A DNA stretch of 64,000 nucleotides from Chrysomallon squamiferum (Eukaryota; Animalia; Mollusca): NCBI GenBank assembly GCA_012295275.1, contig CM022673.1, positions 19,654,001-19,718,000 of the forward strand, written 5' to 3'. The stretch's first letter is position 1; each line of letters starts with the position of its first letter. Made by a program: the position numbers and the translations under genes. Under the pieces are notes generated by a model. It made no database searches. It saw only the letters and a list, made by a program, of their open reading frames with translations, and was not told the DNA's origin. Shown piece by piece: positions 36,601-50,329 of the stretch.

Positions 36601-39600
36601 CCACTTTTTTTTCTTCTGCTAAGCCTTGTCATTTTCTTGGGAATCAGCAGTTTTATAAAAAGTGCCTTTTTGTCTTTTCTTGTGTATAATTTTTCATATA
36701 TAGTTGACACTGTCAAATGAATTGAGAAATTTTTAGCACTCAGGAATATCATGCAGTTTGAAATGTAAGCTGAAAGGTGTTCCCCTTTATTCTGATATAT
36801 TGAGGTAGTACTTACAGTGTCTGTGACTTGTGACACAAATTTGCATGCCAATTTCAAAAGACATATGCATTAAATATATTTTTGCCCTCAAACCTCTGGA
36901 TAAACCTTTTGCAATGATCTGTACCTGCTGTTCATTACCTATAATGATTACAATGCATTGAAGCTCATTCAAGGGTGTTGGGAGAAATGGCTAACCTTAG
37001 CACATTGCCAGATTTATTAAAATATATGTATGACAAATAACAATCAATATGTATAGAACTATTATATCTATTTGTGATTTAAATATTTTGAGTGAAGGTG
37101 CAGCAAATATACCACAAAAATATTTAACAAAAATCTAGAACATGAGTGCAGAACCTGGAATAGCAAATTTAACCTTATTTTCTCATCATGGAAACTGCCA
37201 AAGTTAAAATTCGTGGCTGGTAGCACAAGTTTGACTGAAATCAAGACATACTCCAGTGAAAGACAAGAACAAATATCTTTCAAAACAATTTGCACTTTAT
37301 GTTTCCCATATATTACTATTATTATTATAGGTTGACTAAAAGCAACTAATGTGCATGTCACTACAAGGATTAGTCATAAAGTTCTTGCCTAACATTATAA
37401 CAGTCATTGACAGATTGCAGTTAAACTAAAATGAGTCACCAGAAAAGATTGATGCCTCAAACTGAGCCCAAATGCTGTTGGACATTTTCAGAACTATTCA
37501 TCACATTAAGAGCCAGAGTTCAAATGTATTTTTTTGAAGACATCTGTTTTCCACAATCCCAGTAAATATATCTAGGAATCAGAAAATCTGGTATTTGCAG
37601 CATTAGAAATAAATATCACATTAATCAACTGACATTCATAATGGTTATGTGTTGTTATGGAAAGTGAGTTACAGATGCCAGATATGTAGAACCCTCTATA
37701 GTCTTTCTGACCAGAACAGATTTAGTAGGGATGGTGAAGCTATGGATGTTGTGTAAGTATGCTATTGCTAACAGGAGAGAGGTCATAGTGCTATGTGTAA
37801 AATTTTGATTGAGTGCACTTACAATGTGATGATTGTGTAGGGTGTTGGAATTTGGGTTGGTTGTCCTAAGTAATGCATTGAAAAGTCATTGAAATATTGC
37901 ATTACCCAATTGTAAATTTTCTGGTATGAAGCACATTCTAGGGCTTTTGGCAGGTGTGCTGGTAGTGTTGTTGCCAAATTCTGTTTCACTTTTCTGAACT
38001 GGCTTTGCAGGGTTGTCAGCTGCAGATGAAGCTGCAGATGTTGGAGTACAACTAGGACTGCAGCTGGCATTGTTTCATCATTTTTTTCCTAGTCTTAAAC
38101 AGGTTGTGATTTAGCACAGCCTTATCTTTGAAAATAAATGAAAGATGGCAGATTGCATGTTTTACTGGATATAAATGTTCTACCCATTTATGAGTACAAA
38201 ATAAGAAATGCTCTTAAGAAAATGGGAAATAGTAAAATGTAGGCAAAAGAATACTATACAAAACTCTTTCTCTTCTAAATAAACAAATTATGTATTTAGT
38301 TGATTTATTAGTTACATATAATTACATAAATGTTGCCAGCCCAGGAATGCCAAAACCTGCTTATCATTAAACAATTATTTTTTTTTTATTTTTTTTTTTA
38401 TATTAACCAGCACAAAGACAAACTCTCAATGCCACAACTAGTTTGTTTTATGTATATTTCTCCTTTCTTGTAAATTCTTCATAAAAGTTTGAGTTGAAAC
38501 CTTCATCACCCAAAATGTCCTCTTTATATTTATTTATATTTGTCATCCTTCTTCTATTGTTGTTATTGTTATTATGTATTCTTTATTTTTATTATATTTT
38601 TTTAAACATATCTGATTAAACATCATTGCATGGCACAAGCTTCTGTGGGGCAGTAAACTGGTTTGTATATTATATAAATTAAATATGTGATGTTTGAAGT
38701 ACCAAAGTTAGCAAAAGTGGAAGAGTAGTAATGCTTGCCCCAAGAATACTTAAAACAAAATTCTATCTCTAACTAAAAAGGATTTCGAGATAACTTTTCC
38801 CTCCTATTGCAGAATGACCCAAATAATTATCTGCCATTAAAAATTGAACAAGAATTTATGAATTTCCAAACTGAAGTGACACTTCTCAGGTAAAGTTTAA
38901 TGCAAAAGCCAAAATTGAAGACCAGCTTAAGTAATGTTAAAATTCTCTGCTTACTAAGATTCATTGATAAATGGAAGATGAATTCCTTGAAGATTTGTTA
39001 TGTCCATTTCTCCGATCCAACATGCCAATGTCTGTCATGAGACCTATTAACCAATGAGAATTGGTCTTTTGCAAATTCTGATGCACTGGAATGAAGAGGT
39101 TGAACTTCACTTGGACCAAATTAATGAAAGATTTATTTAGGCAAAAATTTGTCTTTTTCAGAGATTCTTATTTAATTTAATTCACAGAAGCACACTGAAG
39201 AAGAACAAGAATAGTTTCAGCTGGACAATCATTTGTGATAGTTATCCATTTTATTTAAGAAAAATTAAAACAAATTCAACTGTTCATTTTCAGTTGTTGC
39301 TTTTTTGTCTTGTTTTTTAAATTTTAAATAGATATTTATAATAGCAAAAATATATTTTCTATGTTTCTGATTTATTTATTTCTGGCACCCAATTTCAGCT
39401 AATAATTACAATAAATTTGTGAGGAGGCTTAGTAGAGGCTGTCATATTCTCTTGTAACTTATATTTTATCATTTTTAACTAACATTATAGGTCTGTTATG
39501 TTATTCTCCTACTTTTCAACAATGTAACTGGCAGGAAATGTAACAATCATGTAGAAGTATATCAGCTGGTTTTTGCTGTTTGTTATGTCACTTGATGTTT

Positions 39601-42600
39601 TTTCTTATTCATTTTTCATTTAGATGCACATTCTGCATTATGAGGAGATGGAACTGGAAATCTGGAGCAGACTGGATCACCCTAATGTTGTTAAACTTTT
39701 TGGAGCAATCAGGAAAGGCTGCAAAATATACATCTTCTCCGAATTTATTGATGGTAGATAAAAACAGTTATTATTATCCACATATTTGATGCCTTCTTTA
39801 TAGTAGCAGATTTAAAGGTTTAAATATTATTAGATTAAATTATTATTATTTTTGTTTTTCTTAAATAGTTTTTGTTAGCACTCCACAGCATTTTCCTGAA
39901 GAAAGATTTCTCTATGTCAGTTATTTAATAATTCTGTGGGGAAATAATACTTTAATTCAATTTGTTTTTATAATATTGCTTTGTATATTATAGTATGGAA
40001 AAGGAGAAAAAAAGAAACAAAACATTGATCTGGAGGTATAAAAAATTACTGTTGACTGCAAGTACTCTTAAATATTTATGTTAACTTGTTTTTTACTCAG
40101 AAACTAAACTTCATTTGTTTTCATATTTACATTTTTTTTTTTTTTTTAAAAAGTAAATGTCCTCCACAAAAACTGAGCTAAAATCTTGTTTTGTTCACTT
40201 GACAACAGACAAGTAAAACTAATTGACTGAATACTACATGGGACATGTTGAACCATGTTTCACATTGTTGATGATTAACAGTGTCAAAATAATAAAATTC
40301 ATGAATTCTGATAATACAGCTCACGGCATAATACTGCCTATATAATTTCATTACACGGTGAATTCTTTAACACAAATACTATATGTATAAATTGGAAATT
40401 TCAATTTTTGTTCAATATATAAACCTTTTTAAACAGTCTCTTCATAACTTACAACTTAAATAGAACTCATTTTTATCACCTGATTTTCTAAACTTTATAC
40501 AATTTTTCATGTCATTTTTAATTTACAATAAATTAAATTGACCGTACTAATATGAAATTTTTCCATACAAATGTCAAATGGGTAAACAGTTAAAGGGAGG
40601 AACATCATCCAGCAATAAAATAAGCCAGCAGTGCTTAGTGTATATGATAGCCTGTTGTTATTTGTTTTAATGTTGATAATAAATAGTTATGGTTGACCTG
40701 AACAGATATATTGTCTTTTCAGTGGTGTATATGTAAACAATATTTTATTTGTCATTTGAAAACTGGTCTTCATTTAGCTAGAAACTGAAAAACAAGTTGA
40801 AATTTCATCAGTGTAAAACATATAGCCAAATCAACCATAGAGTATGCAGGAAATTAACTTCAATGATTCTCTGTGTGCACTACATGTGATCCATGAAATC
40901 TAATGTTTCATTTGTGTACCCCTTCATTTTGGCCAACTCTGATGTTATTTTCAGATGTTGTGTGGTTGTTATTTTTAGTGTTTATTACACTGACATACTG
41001 ATCTTTTGTTGTGCTTCAACTAAAGTGATTTAAAACTAGTAAAGTTTCTTTTGGCCAGGTATACGTATCCTAACAAGACATTAGCTTTTTCACACTATGT
41101 TAATATTTTATGATATATTCAGGATTACATTTCATCTCTTAGTCTTATGTTTTATTGCACTGCCAACTTTTTGTTTGTAGTGTTCCTAAAATTTAGCCCA
41201 CTATTAAAAGATTTGTAAAAGATTGTCTAACAGAACAGAGTAGATCATTTAACAATAAAATTTAATTTTACACACACACACACACACACATTTCTTTATA
41301 ATAAAAATAATGAAACAAATTATTTAAAAATAACATTTAAGACATGCCTGACATGTGAAAAAGATAAAAATAAAAATTAATTGAGTCATCAATTATTAGC
41401 CAAGATCAGCGTATCAAAGTAGCCATAAGAGTAGCACAGAAGCTGGAATTTGTAATTCCACTGTGACATAAATTTAATATTCACATCAGTTTTAGCCATG
41501 CTGTTATCACTAAGTATTCATTTGTTATGATTGTTCTTAACTTGTATTTATGAACTGTAATAAAGATTATAATTTTCAGGAGGCAGTTTAACTACTTTAA
41601 TTGAAGAGCAGCGAAGTCTGAATAGACGAATAAGTCACTGGATGGCACTAAGATATTTGAAACAACTGCTTCAAGTACTAAAATATTTAAAAGACAAAAA
41701 TATTATTCATGAAGACTTGAAAAGTAAATGTTTCATTTGTTCTTGGTAGCTTTTGAAATAAATTCTGGCATAAAGGAATAGTTTAAATCATGTTTTATTA
41801 AAAAGCCCATGTAAAGTGAAGATTTTTAGTTTCATTCATTAAGATTTAAAAACAAATATATTTTTTACATGATAAACAATTTTAGAATAACTATAAGGAG
41901 TGGAAAATAAACTAGATTTGAAGAACAAAATCAAAGAATTTTGTTGGTACTTGCTCATATCTTTATTTTCTGTTTAATTATCACTGTGACTTTGAATTTC
42001 TGTCCACTTTTTTCAATTAATTTTTTTTCTTGAATGAACAGAGCTGAAGTAATATGTTAAACAGTATGTGACTCATAACTTTGTTATTAAGGTTTTAATT
42101 TTAATAATTGAAGGTGACAACATTCTGCTCAGAAGAAACAACACTACAATTGTGTTGACAGACTTTGGCTTGGCTCACTGGTATAATAAAGATGAGGAGC
42201 TATGTGGAAGAGCTCCAACAGGAAGTCAACCATATTGGAGTCCCGAAAAAGCAGCCTCCAAGGGTCATGGCTTTGCTTCAGATGTATGGGCTGCTATTTG
42301 TATTCTTGTTCATATGCTAAGTGGCCATCCTCCCTGGATTCGTAGATACAGTGGCACAAAACTTCTTCACTACATTGTAAGGCATTTGATGATATAATTT
42401 ATAAAATTATATTTTATTGTGTCATAATTGAATTATATATTGAATAGGCCTCAGCTGATTTTATTACATTTTATTAACACTTTCTCACCCGTTTTGACTA
42501 TAATAAAGATTTTACCATTCCTTCATAGCTGTCAACATTCCACATCCTTGATTTTTAAAGTACTGGAAAATGCTAGAGAAGTAGCTGAACACTCAACATA

Positions 42601-45600
42601 TTTTTGACAATTTTTATGTAAAATATTACAGAAATATTGAAAGGAACAGGAAAATTAAGTGATATTTTTTTCTTATAATAAAGGTTTTTATAAAATAATT
42701 ATTTTATAGCTTAAATATATTGTTTGATTTTCAGATGGTCTGAATTGACTGATAAATAAAATTATATTAGCATTTTGTGTTGACAAATTTATTTAGGGTT
42801 TTTTTCATTGCAATTATATAAGATTTAAAAAAAAAAATTCGTAATTGAGAAATTTCATCAGATGTAAACATTTATTCAAAATCCATATATTTTGCCATTT
42901 TTGCCATTTGATGAAATGTATATTTATAGCAAGTCAGAAAATGATGCCACATTTTAAAAGAAGGTAATATACATATAAGTTCATAGAGGTAGTCTAATTC
43001 TGCAAAATAAAAAATTATTTTCATTCTGTTAGTTACTCACAAAGTTATTCATGTCTGCTTAAATGTAATGGAACTAAATTCCACAATGTACCTAGCATAC
43101 CCATAGTTTAACAATGAAATATTTAAAGGAAGGTATATGACATTTAGATATTTTTTATTATTTCTATCTGACTATGACAAATCTAGTACAAGGGTGTCTG
43201 GAAGGTCTGCATAGGAGAATTGTTTAAATTGTGAGCTTCCCCAAGTCCATTAGTACAGTATAAAACCTTGTGAATTTTTAAATGTTATTATTTTTAATGT
43301 AATCCTCAGTTTTGCTCAAAAAAATCATTTTTGATTGATAATGTTCTGATTGGTGATATTCCAACTCTTTGATTTTTGTTTGACATTAGTGATTTTTGGC
43401 TTGACAGGGTTCCACCTGACAGTTTTCCAACTGACTTTGTGTCCGACTTCTATGACTTTTCATTCAATGATGTTCTTCTTAATGATGTTGTTTGACAGTA
43501 CTCTGTTTGATGACTTCTTTTATACTTTAAATTTTTTTAGTTTAATTCTTTGCAGTTTTGAAAAGGTGAGTCAGTCATAACTTTATTTCTTGCCAACAGA
43601 GTTACTATTTTAGTGGTCCATTCACTTACTTAGTAATTTGGTCCATAACATCACAAAATAGGTTAGTTGTACCAAGTGAGTAGAAGAACAAAGAAAATAC
43701 ATTCTAACATTTTTTCAACTGTTCCTGTCCATTTAATGTCAGAAATTGAAAATTTCAAGTTTTTACCGGAAGGATTTTGTAGGTAATAGAATAAATTCAA
43801 AATCATAGGGCATTGCTAGTGAGAAATACATGTGACAGAGGAAACATTTTATTTTTTACTAAAATACAGCTGTCTTGTAGCATAATGTCTTTTTTTTTTT
43901 TTATGCAAATGGACTTCGTGTCTGTTGTTTTAAACTTTTCACCAAGTACATGTAGTGAGATGTTTATTAATGAGCTTGTCAGTAACATTCCTACCTTTTT
44001 AACAAACTCACCTAGAAATTAAAATATTTGTCTGAAAAATAACACTGAATTTGTTTTTTTTTTTTTTTTTTTTTTTGATTTGCGAGAAAGTTGCTGATGC
44101 AGAATAATACTCTGTAGATAATATTTATTATTTTAATTTTTTCTTTCTCAGATATATGACAAGTCACCACCTCTGCAAGATGTTCCTGAAAACATACAAA
44201 ATGCTGTCCAGGATCTTATTAAGTGTGGATTTAATATCAGTGCACAGAAACGACCACAAACAGAGGATCTCCTGCAGCATCAGGCATTCCAAATCCTGGG
44301 TAAAACAATATTGTTTTTATTTATTGGGGAAATTTACACCAGATGTAATTTATTTAATTTCACTGTAAATATTTGCTATGGTTTGTTCATTTAAATCTGA
44401 AATATTAGCACATTTTGACTAATTTAAAGTCTACATTTGATGGTACAATTAAATGTTGTGAAATCTTTTTTTTTTTTTTCTCTAATTTGTAGATGTTATT
44501 TTATTTGTTTTAACCCAGATTTGAAAATGTTGTTATTTAAAAATCTTTGAAAACTCATATGTTTCTTGTTTCTTCCAGTGTAAATATTAGTGAAAAATAA
44601 CATTAAATTTAAAAACAATTTAAAGTATATATATTTCCAGAACGTGGAGCCCCAGATAATTATTACTCTGTACTACAGTCCTTGGATGGTCAGATACCTA
44701 ACAACATTTTACCTGAAAATAAAAATGAATGGCATGACACAGAACAAATTATTTATAGTTTCCAGAACTCTGGACAAAAGAAACTTCACTTGGATCAAAC
44801 AACCCATAATCAGTCTGTAGTTAGGCCTACTGAAATAACAAATTCATCAGCAGTTCGTTCGAACATTCCAGTTGCTGTTGATAATTCTCAACAAGATATC
44901 TCTGATGATAGAGGAAATATTTTGGGGAAAAATGAACCCATTTCCAATTCCAGTGTAAAACTGTCTCACTGTCATCAAGAAAAAATAAACATTTCCAAAT
45001 CAGATTCAGAATTATCACGTCTACAACAAGAAGAGATGATAGTTGCCAGTGAAGATGATGAAAGTCAGTTAGTTCAGTCTGACTTGGATTTGATCACCAG
45101 ATTTTTTAATGATAATTCTGCTGTCTGTTTGTCAGATGTCAGACAAGAGTTACCAGCATATAGACCAGATCATACAGAAATGACAACAAAACAACAATCC
45201 CAATTGTTTTCTTTTAGTTTTGCTGAAAATAATAATCAAAATGAAAGTCAGTCAAAAAACCCAGCTACAGCAAATGGTTCTCGCTCGAAAGAAAAATCTA
45301 TGCATGGGATGATGAACGATGGAGAAGATATTGTCAGTGGTGATCTTTTTGGTAGTGATCCACTGAAAAAGCTGAATCAGAATTGTATTAACACATGGTC
45401 TCCAAAATCTAACTCTGATGCCACGGAAAACACATTAATGAAAAAACCAGACTGTCATGCAGGGGTTATTGATTCACAAAAAATCACAGCATTTGTATTG
45501 CAAACGTCATGTGAGATGGTACCTGGGACAAGTCACAAACCACACTTACAAGAAACATTTTCTGCCAGTAAGTTGCACATATTTTGGAGATGGAGGTGGG

Positions 45601-48503
45601 GATTTTGGGAGGGGGCATTTGGTGGGGTGTTGTTATTGGTTAAATTTAATGTAAATTAGCAACAATTATGTAAAATTCATTAAAAATTCTGGTTAATTTT
45701 TTTTGTAATTTAAGACGTTAATTTGTTTTTAGTTTTTACAGTTTTATTAATTTTGCATCTTTTTATAAAAAGATTCTCACTTTCAGTCTCTTCACATTTC
45801 ACCATGACTCAACATATGCATCATTCTCAAACATCACCAGTTTCACTTGTTTCTTCAGCAACAAATGAACAATCCCCAGTAACACCTGGCAGTACAGCAT
45901 CAGCTGTTTCTCAGTTTGATCATCAAAAAATAGAACTGGGTCAGTTCAGTGAATTATATATATTTTTTTTAAATTATAATATTTTTTAAACTAACATAAA
46001 ATTTAAGATATAAACAGATAGACAGATAGATGTACTTTTCCTCCAATTATGTAAATAAGGCCTCATGTTGGGAGAGGTCACAATAGGAATGTGAATTTGG
46101 CTACTGATATTCAAGATGGAACTATCAAATATGGCATAAGAAGAAATAGGTCTTAAATACAGTCATCTCACTTTGAAATCTGTAAATGTCTGCAGATTTA
46201 GGTGTGCATACATGTGCATATTCATTATTTTATATATGTGTAGTTAAAAACTACTGTTTAGCTATGGAAGTTGCTGACAACTGATCATAAAATAACTATT
46301 TATAAGGCTGTTGACCAGTGAAGTTATTTAAAAAACCTTATTTATTTTTCGTTGTTAAATTAATGAACATTGTCAATAGACTGAAGATTATTTATAATTC
46401 ATTGGAAAATACATTCTATTTGTAAATATTGTTTCTGTACATATTCGAAACAAATTGGTTTACTGAATATTTTTATGTGGTCATTAAGATTCCAACACAA
46501 CAGTATTTGACTGCATATGTGTGTATATCTGTGTATATGTGTAGAATGACAAAAAAATAATAATAATAAAGTTCCTGTCTTCATTTGTCAAACACTTTTT
46601 TTTTTAAATTTTAATTATTATTATTAATTTTTATTTTTATTTTTTATTTTTTATTTTTTTCATTTTCCAGACAATGTTCTGAGAGAGCTTTCTGAGTCAG
46701 GTTTATCGGTAGAAAATCCGGAACAAACGGTTAGTTTTTCCTGGTTTATAAATCTAAAAAGAAAGAAAAAAATCTGAATGAATAAATGAATTTACATTAA
46801 TATATGTTAATAGCTTCTCAACATATTTTAATATTAATTTGGTATCAATCATTATTTTTCATTTATATCCATTGCCACTCGGTAAGCTACCAAAATATTT
46901 CATTGTTTATTTATATTTTTTCATATTATAAACTAAAATGGTTCTGAATTCAGTTATTGAATTTAATCAGTCTTAATTTTTAAAACTGCAATAAATCTTC
47001 TATTTTTATACAAAAAAATTATTAAAAAAAAATTCTTTTACTTTGGTAGGATGAGGGACTGAATGATGACAACATAGGTCCTTCTGAAGATCAGATGATT
47101 TCTTCTCAGCTAATAGCAATGCAGAATGAAATTGATGATGTTAATTTAAGTAAGATTATTAAATTATTCATTATCCGTCTATTACCACATGCACAGGGGA
47201 AAACACATCAATTGTAATAGAAGCAATTTTTATATCAACATCACTTGCATCACCCAGGTTAACCTTCAGTTTATGAATATTTTGCTATAGTTTGTTACAC
47301 TACTGTTGAAAACATGAATTATTCTGATTCCCATTATCACCTTACTTGAATTGAGTTATTACTTTCTCTTTTTTTTTTTAAATTTTCAATTCGAAGGTGA
47401 TGTGTACCAAGATAACTTTGCTTTTAAACTAACAATTATAGCTACCAAAGAAATGTGAGAAGTGACAAGAGTTTAAAATGAAATCATTTATGTATAAAAT
47501 AACTTCATTTCTCAGAGCATGTAATCTTATATTAAAATTTACTTGCAAGCTGTTAAATGTCATAAAGCCCAAATATAGCAAAATTATATAGTTTAGAAAC
47601 TGACTGAAATATCAGACTAAAAATGAAAGTGAATGCATTTTCATACTATTCCTTTTTGATCAATTTCAGTACCTTTTGAAGAGTTTTTTTTTTTAAATAG
47701 GGGGGAAAAAAAAAGAATAACTACTACACATTGTTATTGATATTTTTAAAATTTTATTTATTTTATATTTATTATTATTATTTTATTATTATTGTTATTT
47801 TATTTTAAATCATATTTATGTTCACAGATGTGGGTATTCCTTTGAATCTTAAGAAAGAAAATGGAGAGGAGATTGGAACCATCATGGTTCCTCATAGGTA
47901 CACATTCTGGAGAAATGTAGCTGAAATGATTAGGCCTTCTGTGAGTAAAACCATTGCATAGCATCACAAAAATACTAATTTAAACAGGCATGCAATAGGA
48001 ACTAATGTAAAACATACAACATCAAATATTAATAATACTATGTGCATCGTTGTGGTGATCATAATTTCACATTTTATAGGATTATAAGAAGATACTGACA
48101 ACAAAGATTCACAATTAAACTCTTTTCAAGATTATCAATAATTCACTCAATCTGTAATTTCACATAGCTGGTTGTTCCGTTATTACCTATCACTACAAAT
48201 GCACATTTCAGTGCTATACAAAGACAGGAAATAATTTTTATTTTTAATCTTTAATGCTTGTAATATATTCAGTCATATTAAGAATGTACGTTTCTGATAC
48301 AGGTACACTGCAGTGGAATTAAACACTTTAATCTCAAAGATGAAGATGGAATTGAAATAGATTTCCAGGCAAAACTGGAGGAACACAAAATGTTCGTTTT
48401 TATATCTGAGATAAATGATGATAATCATTATAGTGAATGCTGGTGTGAAGATCATAAAGACAGTTTCAGAGGAGTGCCAGAATTTGGATCTTCCATTAAC
48501 TAG
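24672..48503 (+). CDS. MAP3K14: NF-kappaB-inducing kinase (NIK/MAP3K14)-like Ser/Thr kinase of the NIK/COT group, ~1670 aa, 18 coding exons
   Basis: Exons 24672-24805, 30741-31798, 31900-32042, 32392-32451, 32930-33079, 34461-35352, 35569-35768, 36157-36294, 39624-39753, 41580-41723, 42114-42376, 44152-44299, 44641-45567, 45787-45939, 46671-46729, 47050-47149, 47828-47940, 48303-48503 (5013 nt, open). Motifs EEGVIL, LGNGTSG, FCVK, VKLFGAIR, EFIDGGSL, HEDLKSDN, DFG, GSQPYWSPE, DVW, HMLSGHPPW, PPLQDVP. C-terminus resembles the NIK tail. Kinase identity is strong; NIK versus MAP3K8 orthology is inferred. Confidence 0.8.
24950..28450 (-). mobile_element. Decayed PIF/Harbinger-ISL2EU-type (DDE_Tnp_4) transposon, split by a Sola2 insertion
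   Basis: VIIDFTE...YSAYKSYTTYKAFLGINP..IITFTS..W...SDKQIT at 25344-25571; HTH_Tnp_4-like GWPC..DEFLMVLM near 27975-28040 on the far side of the insertion. Boundaries approximate. Confidence 0.65.
25691..27931 (-). mobile_element. Internally deleted Sola2-like DNA transposon
   Basis: TIRs of ~230 bp (25691-25923 vs ~27665-27885); intact terminus GGGTCATTC at 27931, other terminus truncated. Minus-strand remnants KCCDPLNHH, LKEKF...RVQILTL...EFETTNYLVKK...GKVL, KDTVSI...QKHLVLSNLCELY. Confidence 0.72.
29430..30170 (+). mobile_element. Decayed LINE reverse-transcriptase fragment (I/Nimb-like)
   Basis: FPSDWRKAFIIPFPKPGK, FDIEKTY, GIIKDLHGIGLR, QEMGVSQGSILSVTFF, interrupted by stops and deletions. 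Confidence 0.8.
33142..33320. mobile_element. hAT (Charlie-like) MITE
   Basis: TIR CAGCAGTTTCCAA / TGGGAACCACTG; 8-bp TSD-like ATATAGAG / ATCTAGGG (6 of 8 match). Confidence 0.6.
36600..38080 (-). mobile_element. Heavily decayed DIRS/Ngaro-type tyrosine-recombinase remnant(s)
   Basis: Minus-strand pieces ASYQKIYNWVMQYFNDF and HSTMTSLLLAIAYLHNIHSFTIPTKSVLVRKTIEG resemble the STIxSYxSAIxYxHKxxGxxDPTxSFxVxKxLxG region of DIRS YR proteins. Confidence 0.5.
43187..44116 (-). mobile_element. Possible Tc1/mariner remnant
   Basis: Weak TA-flanked ends (tacaagggtg... / ...actctgta); minus-strand VIEVGHKVSWKTVR resembles the Tc1 HTH motif GxxVSxxTVRR. Confidence 0.35.
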
Positions 48504-50329
48504 AACTTTAATGAGTCAAGCAATGGTTTTTCAGTTTAAAAATTGTTATTATGTTTACGACAAACAAGAGAAAAAATAATTGTTTTGTCTAGGACATAGT
48601 AAGTTAATAACAGCTGATTTTCAGTTATTAAAATAAGAACTTATCTATATTTGTTAAGGGTGTGAATGCTGACTGGTTCCTTATGATTCAGTGCATTTTC
48701 ATTTGATGCAAATATAAAAATTAGACTCTTTATAACCGTCTTAAAAAAAAAAATTAAACTGATCTTTTGCTGATTAAAAACTTACCCTTCTTTAATTTAT
48801 TTTTTAAGAATAAATCATTCATAATTTTTTAAATTTTGTAATGCTAAAGATTAATTATTGTGAACACTTTTTAATTAAATAACATTAACTGGTGAAGTAA
48901 TAAAATCAGGTTAAAGTTTTTATTTGCTGAAGGAGTAGATAAAATATATAATTTTTTTGATTTCACTATTTAAAGGCAGACCTAGAGAATTATTTGGTAG
49001 TAAGAATTTATTTATTATTATAATTTTCTTGAATATTCTTAAGTAACTCTTAAAGTTAGTTGATTTTTTCAGTTGTGGTGTTGTAGTGCTAGTAATATAT
49101 GTTAGATGCAGATTGTCACATTTGTCAATGTATTTTATTAAATGTTCAAACATATTTGTATTTGTTTTATTATTTATTTATTATTAGTAGTAGTAGTACT
49201 ATTGTTTTTTTGTTTTTTGTTTGTTAGTTGTCTTTCTTTAACTTCAAACTATAAAATGTAAAAGGAAATTGAAACCAAAAATCATTAATTACTAATGAAT
49301 TATCAGCCCGTTTTATTGACAAACATGCCATTATCACTTATTTGGTTAATTAGGAAAGTCATTTAAAGAAATGTTTACATAATTATAATATAGCTTTGGT
49401 TCAAATAATTTAGTATTTATTAAACTTCCTAGTACTTATTTTCTATATTTTTTGTTGCACAGATAAAATCAGAATGTGATAATAAAATAATATTACTATT
49501 ATTATTATGAAACCTTTCTTGACCCTTTGCAACTATAGTTACATTATCATATACATGGTCGTCCAGATGCATTGATCAAGTTTTCTTGTGGAATTATATA
49601 CATTGGGCTAGCCAAACACACTAAATTTTAACTCCACATACTTCCAAAAAATGCATTCTAAAGTCATTATTACATACAGAAAATTCCTAATAAAATTTGC
49701 ATTAAATAATTAATACTGTCGTGCCTTGCATTTTTTATTTATTATTGTATAACAATGTGTTTTCACTGACATTTTTAGGACGCTTGTGAAATCTAATTTG
49801 TTGTTGAGCATACTGATGGTATTTCCAAAAAAGCAGAGTCGAACACGACGGTTTCCTCCGAGAAGAGGACATTTGTTTGTTTGTTTTTTAATTCAATATC
49901 TTTTACTCTGAAGTAATCGTAACACACAGTTTGCCAAAATACATGAATACCAGGCAAAACCACTGATCTGAGGGTTGCATATCACAGACATTTTATTAAA
50001 TAGGCTCAGTGTTCTTTCATGAGCTATGACCTTATTTGGATTTGTCAATCAAAAGCAGATAACTATGTCAGGTTTCATCCTGTTATGTGTAGAAATGACA
50101 ATGGGACATTATAACTACTCAAATTAAAGGTTGTAGATTTTATACACATATATGTACATACACACAATGCCGGATTAACAGTTGTAGTAAATGCTATGGA
50201 CCCAGTGCTTTTTTTTCTTTTTTTTAAAATAAAAATGCTGGGTATCACGATTTTGACCATAGCCTTTGGTATTTGTTTTGTGTTAAGGTACGCTTTTGAA
50301 CAGTTTTGTTGTTGATATTTTCTTTCCTC

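Noticed and set aside
38813-38889. Exon-like block (AG...GT) in a kinase intron
   Set aside because: 77 nt would break the frame, and the flanking exons already join correctly (FCVKQ|MHILH). At most a poison exon or LINE relic.
45568-45659. C-terminal part of ORF 44682-45659 (KLHIFWRWRWG...)
   Set aside because: Intron read-through past the GTAAGT donor at 45568.
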